From: the human T2T-CHM13v2.0 reference genome, Homo sapiens
Reading direction: 5' to 3' (one strand)
NCBI RefSeq assembly: GCF_009914755.1
Contig: NC_060932.1
Length of the DNA: 64,000 nucleotides
Below the pieces are notes generated by a model. The model was not told the origin of the DNA. It ran no database searches and saw only the letters and a program-made list of their open reading frames with translations. Shown piece after piece: positions 16,446 to 26,769 of this stretch. Each line of letters begins with the position of its first letter. Positions within the stretch are counted from its first letter, which is position 1. Position numbers and translations under genes: made by a program.

Positions 16446-17629
16446 ATTGTTTCATTTCATTCTATAGAACTGTAAACTCATTTTTAAAAATAAATAAAAG
16501 CATTAGTTAACATCGTCCCTTCCAACCTTTGCTTGGCTAGCTTGGGCTCACCCTTTTAATTCCTGCTTTAAAAAAATCTACCTACAAAGACTTCCTTAAC
16601 TGCTCTAAAACAAGGATAAGAGCTCCTATTACATATTGGGACAGACAGTATAATATACGTTTCCTATCACTCTAGATTAGACACTAGATACTTTATAGGT
16701 TTTTGTTGTTGTTGTTGTTTATGCTTCCCCACTAGACTGTAAGCTCCATAAGGGTTAAGGGCTGCTTGCCATTACACAATTGTGTCAGTATTTAACACCC
16801 GATCATCTAAGCACACTAAAATATTTCTGGAACAAATAAACTGCAGTTTTTAAATTTTTCCATCCAAGGGATTGTACCAATTTCTCATCTTTAAAACAGC
16901 TATTCCGTGACAATTCAATTACTATCATAATAACCAGTCAACTGATAATTTTTTTCATTTCTCAGCCTATACATGATAAAGAAGACTAAAGTTTAATAAA
17001 ACTTTAATGTTACGAATTCAATCACGGAAGCGTGGCAAACTGACTACAGGACATTATGTTTTCATATCGAGAATTTTATTACTGTGTTTTCCACAACTGA
17101 GCTAAAAACTTTCTTAAAAAGCCAATTCAAGGTTAGCTTGTCATAACTACAACATAATTACGGTACTGTTTGATTGTTTATCTTCTAGCTTATCTGGATA
17201 TACATAAAACTCTGAAACAGAATAACAAGTAACTATTGTGGCAAATAGAAGACACGTGATTTGAGAAACAAGCACTATTTTGTGTGACTTATCCTAAATA
17301 CATTAATACACATAAATATAACTATCATTTATTGGTGATTACGCATAAAGTGGGATGGTGAGAAATGACATGATTTGTGACGCAATTTGTTAAAATAGGC
17401 AAACTTGGAATAAAGTATGCAAAAGTAGACACCTCTGTTGATTAATAAAATCAGACTTAGGCCTTTCATTTAGCCTAAGGAAAAAGAAATGCTATTTCAT
17501 CTAAAACAAGCAAGACCCTTGAGCAAACAAATAGGCAAAAGTCTGTTTCTGATTCAATTCACTGCATTCCTAATAAGTAGTGTCTGTATATCAATAATGA
17601 ATCCAGTGACCTAACAATGATTTCCTTTA

Positions 17630-17840
17630 AGTGTTTCTCATACCACTGGTCACGACCCATTAATGGATCACAAGCAGCATTTGCTAAAAATGAAACAGAA
17701 TAAAATATAAAATATCAGAGGACAACACATGTATTAAGGGAAAGTATTGTTTCCAGAAACTTTTGATTCAGTTGCGTATGTGACAATGTAAAATGTATTT
17801 CTAAGTATGGGCTACAATAAAAAACATGTGAAAGCTACTC
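17630..17840 (+). mobile_element. hAT-Charlie MITE (family not determined)
   Basis: agtgtttctca...gtcacgacccatta...tgaaagctact terminal pattern. Confidence 0.5.
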
Positions 17841-17939
17841 TCTTGCATATAAGCCCCTCCGCATTACTACTTCTCCCAAAAATTGGGAACTCTACACTTC
17901 AATTACTCACAAAAATGAAAAGTGACCTTAATCCAGGGT

Positions 17940-18130
17940 TCTGACAGTTTAAGTTTGATTTCACAAGCTCTAAAATCAAACTGCCTGAATTCAAACTCAA
18001 TTTCCACTATTTCCTGACTGAATTTGGACTTATTTAAGCGATCGATATATGCTTCACTTTTGTCATCTGTAAAATGGTTAATCATATCTCCCAAGTGTGG
18101 TAAAAATAAATACTACAGTGGGTCAACACA
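17940..18130 (+). mobile_element. MIR
   Basis: ctgcctgaattcaaactc...tcatctgtaaaatgg core. Confidence 0.6.
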
Positions 18131-19272
18131 TGTTTTACTGTTAACAGAACAAACTGAAGAAGTGATATATATATATATTAGAAATATAGGAGAAACTTAA
18201 CAGAAGTTATCTCTGGTGTGTTATCTTTGATGTTTCTGTGTGATGCCTTTCATTTTGTATTTTTCTGTCCTATTTGAATTGTATAACGTACAATATATGT
18301 ATTTCCAATATAATGTTTCTAATGTATAAAACATTATTACCTACATTTTTAAAATATCAACAATAGGTATCCAGGCAGTGAGATTATGGTCCTTTGTTTT
18401 TATTTTACAGTTCTCTTTATTTTATAAACATATTATTAGGTGTCTTTGAGAGAAAATCATCAACTACTTGCAAAAAAAAAAAAAAAGACAAGTGTGGGGT
18501 CCAGAGCTTAAGAAATTCACACTTTTTGAGGGAGAACTTTGTGCCAGATACTTCTCACCAAATGCTCGCACAACATCATTTTATGATTTTTGCCCATGAG
18601 AAAACTGAGGCAACTGACACGAGGTAAATGGTCTGCTAGACAACAAATAATAGTGGCCACAACATCAAAGCCTATATTTCTTCCATCATCATATAATGCA
18701 TCCAAATATTCTTCTCCAGTTGTTTCACATTGGCATATTTTGGTCTCCCCGTCTAGACTGCAAACTTCTTTAGAAGAAGGGAAACTTTCAAACACTTCAT
18801 TTATGTCTTTCATTGGGTTATTAAGGCTACAATAGATCCTCAAACATGTGTTGGGTTGTATTAAACCTCTTTTGGTCTGGACTGTCCTCAAAGGACATAC
18901 CCTTGTAAAAACAAAATAAACTAGCACACAAACGACAAAACTACTCTAAAGCTGTCCAAATCTAACTGTATTCCTGCACACCAAAAACTAAAGTGTAAAT
19001 ATATCCATATGCAGAGACTACCAACTACAGTGAGTTTTGTAATGAGTACTGTGCAACCACTGAAGAATTCCTTGGATTCACTTATCCCCCCCAACCACGC
19101 CCCCATCACCCAGGCACCACCAAAAGAAAGGAACCTCCAGTCTTCTGGTGAGGTGATGAAGAACCATAACCACGCCCCCACTTTGTCCCATCACAATAAC
19201 CTGTTTTCTTGTCCTAACCGGACCCTGCACCCAAACCCATAACCCTTAATAAACAATTCAAAAGTCTCTGAC

Positions 19273-19945
19273 CTGCAGCGAAGTGCAGGGGAGAAGACTT
19301 CCGGCCGGCCATGTCCTTTGCATTTACGTTTGCCGCGTCCACCAGCCTCTTTACCCGGGACACGTCCCCATTGCGACAGGCCTCCAGCAGTTCCCGTAGG
19401 GCCCCGCTCACTGCTGGGACCCCTGTCCCAGGTCCTGCTGCCCCAGGCCCCAGTGGTGCTGTGCTGCTAACTCCGGCCGCCTCGGGGCTCTCCGCCAAGC
19501 TCGATCCAGGGGAGGATGGAGAGGAAGATGAGGAAGAAGTCGGGGAAGAAGAGGACGACGGTGAATTGTTACTGCCACTGCCGGCTGGGTTGGGAGCGAC
19601 CCCAGCGGCAGATGAAGTAGAAACCGCTGGGACCACGGGAGCGGCGGCGACGGTACAGATTGTGCTGGTGGTACTGCAACAGCTGGTACCGTCAACCGGG
19701 TCCGGGGATCGGGGCCTGTCGGGCGGATCCCGACTGCCATCCCCCTCCGGCAGCGCTAGGCCGTGCCGCGGGGAGGCGAAGGGGGCCAGGCCGCTGGCCG
19801 TGGGAGAGGCTGGGGTGGTCCCCGGGGCCAGGCCAGGGCTGAGTGGGGGAGGAGGTGGCGGCGGCGGCGCTGAAGCCCCTGGGGCGGGCTGGAGCTGTTG
19901 TTGATGATGGTGGTGATGATGCTGAGAGCGACGCGACGCCGCCAT
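19273..19945 (-). CDS. TNKS: Tankyrase-1 (PARP5a) coding exon 1: HPS domain and start of first ankyrin repeat (673 nt, phase-1 donor)
   Basis: The ORF 19214-19945 translates to [17 protein letters not shown]...[41 protein letters not shown], the recognised human TNKS N-terminus. Identity ends at GCTGCAG|GTCAGA, with the GT donor at 19272-19271. Confidence 0.98.
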
Positions 19946-19949
19946 CTTC
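19938..19949 (-). promoter_or_regulatory. TISU element / YY1 site overlapping the start codon
   Basis: Minus strand reads GAAGATGGCGGC, matching TISU SAASATGGCGGC and the YY1 core AAGATGGCGGC. Confidence 0.75.
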
Positions 19950-19985
19950 GGACTCCCCTAGCACTGTCACTGCGGCAACGGCCCC

Positions 19986-20023
19986 CACCGCCCGCCCTCA
20001 CTTCCGACTGTCGGACCAATCAG
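19986..20023. promoter_or_regulatory. Core promoter cluster: GC box, ETS (GABP-type) site, CCAAT box
   Basis: CCGCCC repeats at 19988-19997, CACTTCCG at 19999-20006, GACCAATCAG at 20014-20023. No TATA box seen. Confidence 0.7.
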
Positions 20024-20115
20024 CATCCAGCGCACAGGAAATGATGCTAGGCGGGGTAGCAGGGGCCAAAGAGAAGGAGGGAAGTATTGGGAGCTCAGAG
20101 AACAGCCAAGGGAAC

Positions 20116-20157
20116 GGGGCGGGGCTTTGTCACTGAGAGGCGGGCTTTGTGACGTGG
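20116..20157 (+). promoter_or_regulatory. Sp1 GC box and CRE/UPRE-like site
   Basis: GGGGCGGGGC at 20116-20125; TGACGTGG at 20150-20157. Confidence 0.55.
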
Positions 20158-20354
20158 TGGCGGGCCGGCTGGAGAGATTTGAATGCTGGAACCAGCTTCT
20201 GCCTAGATGGGAAACATTTCCTGCATTTCTCACTTTCAGTCGGCTTTCTTTGCCCTGCTCCGCTCTGTTTCCCTTAGTCTCCCTTTGCTTGCTCCAGAGC
20301 CAGCTGTTGAGATGCAGATCAGAGCAAGCAGGGAATGTGTCCGTTATCATCTAT

Positions 20355-20720
20355 TAAGCGTCCTTGTCTGAAAAATGGAACTTATAGTACCAACCTCACA
20401 GAATTATTAGCGGGATTAAAAGAGCTAACAGACAAAGCGCTCTGCCAGTAAAACACAAGTATAATTAGCCCGTTGGTAATTTTTTAAATTATAGTATTTC
20501 TTTTCCAGGTGTCCCCTTGAGCTCTTGTCCCTTCCCTATAATTTTTCTCACCCTATGTGCTTTAATTCCTCGTTTTTAAATGCTGGTTCAGATTGCTAGG
20601 ATTGGCGTTCCAGCTCTGCCATTTGTTGTTTATATATGTACTTGCTATTTCATCACTCTATGCCTGTTTTTCTCTGTAAAATTGAAATAACAATAGTGCA
20701 ATAAGTGTGAATTATTAAAA
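20355..20720 (+). mobile_element. MIR remnants just upstream of the promoter
   Basis: gtctgaaaaatggaacttatagtaccaacctcacag and cagctctgccattt...ctgtaaaattgaaataacaatagt. Confidence 0.55.
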
Positions 20721-20864
20721 TTATGATTTTTTTTCCTATTCTGCTCTCTCTGAAATTTTATTTTTCACCCTAAGTGTAACTAATTATGAATATATTCCTT
20801 TCTTTTGAATTCTGGCTTAGCTTAGCCTCTCCCACACCCGAAACAGATAAAAACCTGATTGCTA

Positions 20865-21169
20865 GGCTGGTCACGGTGGCTCATGCCTGTAATCCTAGCA
20901 CTTTGGGAGGCCGAGGCCGGCGGGCCACTTGAGCCCGGGAGTTCAAGATCAGCCTGGCCATCACGGCGAAGCTCCATCTCTACAAAAAATACACAGATTA
21001 GCTGGGCAAAGTGGCACATGCGTGTAGTCCCAGCTACTCAGGAGTCTGTTGGGAGGATCACTTGAGCCCGGGAGGCAGAGGTTGCTGTGAGCCGAGGTCA
21101 CACCACTGCACTCCAGCCTGGGTGACAGAGGGCGGAGACCCTGTCACAAAAACAACAAGAAAACATAAC
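20865..21169 (+). mobile_element. AluJ
   Basis: J-type ggatcacttgagcccgggagg; perfect TSD aaaaacctgattgct (20849-20863, 21170-21184). Confidence 0.9.
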
Positions 21170-22058
21170 AAAAACCTGATTGCTGTCCATTACTCACCAT
21201 CAGGTGCTATTTTTCAGCAACTGCTTTTTCTGTCTTTCCCTCAACCTATGTATACTTTTGTTTTTCTACTATCAAAAGATGTATCCATGAATGAGATAAT
21301 CCCATTGAGGACTCCATTTCATACCTACTGTTCAATAGTAAAGCAGGCATTGTAGAAGTATACAGAAACAGCATTATTCCAATAGAGTGGACATAGATGG
21401 AAATTCTGTAAGAGAAACAAGATTTAGATGAGTCAAGCAGAATATTAAACTAGGTGATAAATTGTTTCATGTGTTCATTGTTAAATATGATTTATGTGAT
21501 GTTAATATTCCCATTTAAGTAAATAGATGAGTTTATTTGGGGTTAGTAAGTAAATACAATAAGGTCAGGAACATAATTAGTATTATGAGTGGCATTTATT
21601 TTCATCTAATCTGGGGTTACAGATTATAATTCTTAACATTATCCAGCTGTGTGATGAAATGTGCCATTGTTCGCGGTAGACACCTGACAAAAAGTGTAGC
21701 TGGATAGGAAAACTCACATCAGTGCAACTAAAATCAGTCCACAACATTCTTCTTCATGCTTCTGTTTTTTAATCTTAACTTCTTGATGTAGAGCAGAGAA
21801 CCATTGAGAAGTGGGAGTGATCCAACGTGATATGTTAGATATCCATAACACACCATGTGTCCCCTAAATAATGGCCTCCTGGAATGGGAGGCATAAGAAA
21901 TATCTCATCTGGTCTCCCAGTGGTCAGTTACTCATAGAAAGTAGTGATGTTCAGACTTATTCAAAATGCATCTGTTGTGTCTATCAGTACAAAAAATAAT
22001 AATAACAATAAAATAAGGAAGTCTCTGCTGGACAGAGATTTTTAAAAACTAAATTGCC

Positions 22059-22419
<361 letters not shown>

Positions 22420-23058
22420 TCAACTGGAAATTGCTTTCTTCCCCTCGAGCAGAAAGTAGGAAAAGTACTTAACATTAAGTATTTATGAAGTTTGGGTTTA
22501 TACCGACTAATGTTGAGCTCCAAACATGAAAGGACACATGCTATTACCTAATCTTCTGTGGCTAAACACAATTCCAGGAGGAATGCACTATATCATAGTG
22601 GAAAGAGCAAAGCTTGGGGTCAAACAAACCTGGGCTTGAAAGTCACATCTCTGATGATTACTAGTTGGCTAATCTTGATAGGTATGCTTCAGCTCTCTCA
22701 GCCTAAAATGTTGACCTTAGTTTAGCACTGTCATGAGGATTAAAAGCCTAGGTGTTTTTTAAGCACTCTTTGAATGTTAGATCCGTTCTCTTACATGGCA
22801 TGCATAAAGTGTTAACATGAACTCACAGCCACTATTGATAGCTTTCCCCTCGCAACTTCCTTTGTGACAAAGATAGGGGCTGGGAATAAATATCCATCGT
22901 TTTACACAGAATGGGAATCTAAAGCAAAGAAACATTAGGTTTAATTCTTTCCTTATCTGATAATTCAGGATTCTTTATAAACTCTGTCTCTAAACTATTG
23001 TTGATCACAGGTGTGTAGTATCTTATTTTCATAAGCGTTTTCACAAAAACAATATCCT

Positions 23059-23176
23059 GGCCGAGTACAGTGGCTCACACTTATAATCCCAGCATTTTGG
23101 GAAGCTGAGGCAGGAGAATGCTTGATCCCAAAAAATCAAGATCAAAGATCAGCCTGGGCAACAAAGTGAGACCCTG

Positions 23177-23180
<4 letters not shown>
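23059..23180 (+). mobile_element. Alu monomer (FLAM-like)
   Basis: Single left-arm monomer followed by a CA repeat. Confidence 0.75.
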
Positions 23181-23221
<41 letters not shown>

Positions 23222-23226
23222 ACACA
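23181..23226 (+). repeat. (CA)18 microsatellite with an interrupted tail
   Basis: (CA)18 GA (CA)4, counted directly. Confidence 0.95.
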
Positions 23227-24995
23227 AAGTATACCCAAGTACTACAAAAATGGGAGCACATAGCACTCTCTTAGGCTATACTGTTGACACAAAAGAAAAG
23301 CCACCAACTCAAAGGACACCGATCTTTTGGGCTGTGTTCTGATGTTTGCTTTCTTACCCTATGGGGTTCGCATGGACACTCTGAAAATTACACAATCATG
23401 AACTTGCACAAGTTCCATATTTCAACTAGAATTGGTGTGTCATTCCATCCATATACTTCCCATTGATCTCCCACCGTATTTGGTATTCTGGTAGTATTTC
23501 TACTAAGTCTAGTTATTCTTCGATCCCCTCTGCAATGCCTCCTCCGCAAATCCACGAGCACAAGCCAGAGCTGTGGTTTGGCTGAGGCATGTCATTTCCT
23601 CATTTTTGGTCTTACCGAAACATAATAAGTTATTTTTATGTCAGAAATGTCTATGGTGCCAAGGGCCCAGATTTCTCTATAAAAGTGTTGCGTTCTCTTA
23701 GTTGAAGTTCCATCCAGAAACCCAGGTGAATATTTTTTTACAAAACCACAGATGGGCAATGATGCCAACAGCTGCAATCGTACTAACAACATTGTATCAG
23801 AAAAAGCTTTACCAAAAAAAAACAGGTAAAACAACTTATTACAAGACAGCAAAATTACAGTAATTTAAAGATATCCTCTGTATCAGTTTCTTAGCAACTC
23901 TCCCATTAAAGTTTTAGTAGCTTTATAAGATAGCTCTTACATACCAGGGTCTTCTGGCTGCTGCTCCAAAGACATCTGTAGCCTGCACTGAGATAACTTG
24001 GATTTTTTCTGGCTATGGTCTGTACGCTCATGGGTAGTCGGTTTAATTTGAAGTGTTAGTTCCAGGCAGAGAGTTAGTTCCGGGCAGAGAGGTGGTTAAA
24101 GGTGTGGATTCCACATACAGACTGCTTGGATATGAATCCTAGCTTTGTCACTAACTAGCTTCATATGATTAAAGGATATTACATCATACATTTTAACAGG
24201 AATAAATAAAAATCTATTTGCTGTGCTTTAAAAAAAGAAGATAAACAAGTTTTCCCACCAAAAATGTTCCTTTCCTTGTAAGCTTTTTTTCCAAAAGTAA
24301 TTAAAATCATACATGTATACCCCATTACGGATTTGCATATGACTATATCACTCAAAAGAGATAAACACCTGCCCTCCCCCAAAGTCATAACCATGTTTAG
24401 AAAAGGCTCAGAAAGTCCTGAAATGCATGGCTATGGAAGGGTATAACTAGCCAACAACGCATATATAATGATGTAATGGCTTATGCAGATGGATATAGCT
24501 AACCAGAATAGAGCTGATGCAACTGCAAACCAAGAGACTGCAAGGCACCCAGAGGACTCACCCTCCCCAATCAGAACATGGGGACAACCCACCAAGCCAT
24601 GATGAATGTGGATTCCCGCCACTGCTTGAGGGGTCGTGACTACCACATACTGACCGTGAGGTGACTCCAACCAATGGCAAAGATTGGGGCAAAGACATCT
24701 GCCAGCAGAGACCATCAGAAATACCGGCTGAGAATGAGTGGCAGCCCAGGCAGTGAGAGGCATTAATCAATCCCCAAACATGTGGTATGTGCCTTCCACC
24801 CACTATCTCCTTTTACTTGCTTGCTGTTGTTACTTGGCTTGTTGAAAGAAGGAAATGAATGAAAGCTGTTTAAGTGGTGTATGTGTGTAACTTCTCTTGG
24901 TATTACCTATTCCTCCATATCCTGAACCTAGGTCTTTTGATGCTGAGTTGCTCAGAATAAAATACTGTACAATCCAGGATAAGTCATTTAACCTC

Positions 24996-25369
24996 TGGTA
25001 TGGTTTGGCTGTGTCCCCACTCAAATCTCATCTTGAATTATAGTTCCCCAGTCCCCACATGTCATGGGAGGGACCTCGTAGAAGGTAATTTAGTCATGGG
25101 GATGGTTACCCTCATGCTGTTCTCATGATAATGAGTGTGTTCTCATGAGATCTGATGGTTTTATAAGGGGCGTTTCCCCATTTTGCTCTGCATTTCTCCT
25201 TGCTGCCACCATGTGAAGAAGGACAAGTTTGCTTCCCCTTCTGCCATCATTGTAGGTTTCCTGAGGCCTCCCCAGCCCTGTGGAACGGTGAGTCAATTAA
25301 ACCTCTTTCCTTTATACATTACCCAGTCTCTGGTATGTCCGTGTAGCAGTGTGAGAACAAACTAACACA
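24996..25369 (+). mobile_element. THE1D-like MaLR solo LTR inserted in a MIR
   Basis: tggtatggtttggctgtgtcccc...gagaacaaactaacaca; perfect TSD acctc (24991-24995, 25370-25374). Confidence 0.9.
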
Positions 25370-26097
25370 ACCTCTTTGTAAACTCACCTGCAAAGTAGAG
25401 ACACGAAGTAGAGACATTAATAGTTGTTCTGAGAAATTAGTAAGTTAATATATGCCAAGTGCAATAAACAGTTTCTGGCATGTGATAAATGGAATGTAAG
25501 TGTCAGCTTTTATTGTTATCAAGAACAGGGATGGGATATACTTTGTATAAAGGTCACCTAAGAGACACTAGTCTTGTCTGCCCAACAACAAGCAGGTCTC
25601 CTTTTACTCAATATTGTTGTTATTTGGCTTCCCATGCATGCTGCTGCTTTTGCTTTACAGTGTCTTAAAGGAAGGTCTAATAAGCTTGGAAATGAAAAGG
25701 GACTCTTATATTAAGGGAAATGCAAATAGTCCCTTCTGGCTGTGGTCAGGATTTAGGAGAGATAGAAACTCTACAAAGGAAGGCACCTCAGCCTGAGGTA
25801 GGCAGGTTTCTCTCAAACGTATTCCTCCCTGCAGTGCTGAGAAACCATCTCTGTTGTGTGGAAAACCACCACAGCTGCCAAGACCACCTCAAGAGAAACC
25901 AACACAGCCATAATTCCTGAAGTCAGTGTGGTCCAGGATGTTTGCAGAAGGAACATCCCACAGAAGATGAATTTACAACCTTGAATCACCACACATGAGA
26001 GAGGGCCAACATCATGAGAGAAAAAACAGAAAACCTAAAAAAATCAAAGACTACAGATAATACAGCAATCTACAATGTATTTTTATATCCACATTTA

Positions 26098-26599
26098 AGG
26101 TGGGCAGAATAATGGCACCTCAAAGATACTCAAGTCCAAATCTCTGGAAGCTGCAGATATGTTACTTTATGTGGCAAAGTGGAATGAACATCGAAGATGG
26201 AATTTAAGCTTGCTAATCAACAGACTTTAGAACAGGGAGACTTTCCTGGATTATGTGAGTGGGCCTAATGTAATCATCAGCATCCTTATAGGTACAAAAG
26301 GGAGACACAGAAGGAGGTTGAAAGTAATACCATGTGAAGACTCAACCAGTCAGTGCTGGCTTTGAAGGTGATGGAAGAATCCACAAGCCAAGGAATGTGA
26401 GCAGTCTCTGGAAGTTGCAAAAAAAAAGGAAACAGATTCTTCCCTAGAGCCCCCAGAAAATAACTCAATCCTGCTAACACCTTGATTTTAGCCCAATGGT
26501 ACCAATGCCAGATTTATGACTGCAGAACTGTAAAATATATTTGTGTTAAGCTACTATGTTTGTGATAATTTCTTACAGCAGCAAAAGAAAACTAATACA
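26098..26599 (+). mobile_element. MLT1D-like LTR
   Basis: gcagaataatggc...ttacagcagcaaaagaaaactaataca. Confidence 0.8.
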
Positions 26600-26769
26600 T
26601 GCCCTCTTTGGAAAATCAGGTGATATGAAGCCATCAGCCTATTTTTATACAGGACAATAGACTGAAGTGGCATAGTTTCTGCCACTTGGTATTACCAGAG
26701 GGCAATTATTCTCCATCGTTCCTTTTGTTCATGTACATCTTTCTGGCTTTACTCAGTTAAGAGGCTGGG

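Larger units (their letters stand above)
19270..20180. promoter_or_regulatory. TNKS: CpG island spanning the TNKS promoter and exon 1
   Basis: Abrupt GC- and CpG-rich segment inside otherwise AT-rich, CpG-depleted DNA. Confidence 0.9.

Noticed and set aside
18517-18927. 136-aa minus-strand ORF in proximal intron 1 as an alternative coding exon
   Set aside because: Overlaps L2/MIR-like remnants, starts at a non-ATG codon and has no recognisable protein features.
19311-19904. 197-aa plus-strand ORF and other ORFs overlapping exon 1
   Set aside because: Shadow ORFs expected opposite a GC-rich, low-complexity coding exon; no recognisable domain.
21668-21689. tgttcgcggtagacacctgaca resembles the start of the LTR at 5058
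   Set aside because: Only 14/16 identity with no continuing homology; cannot be distinguished from chance.
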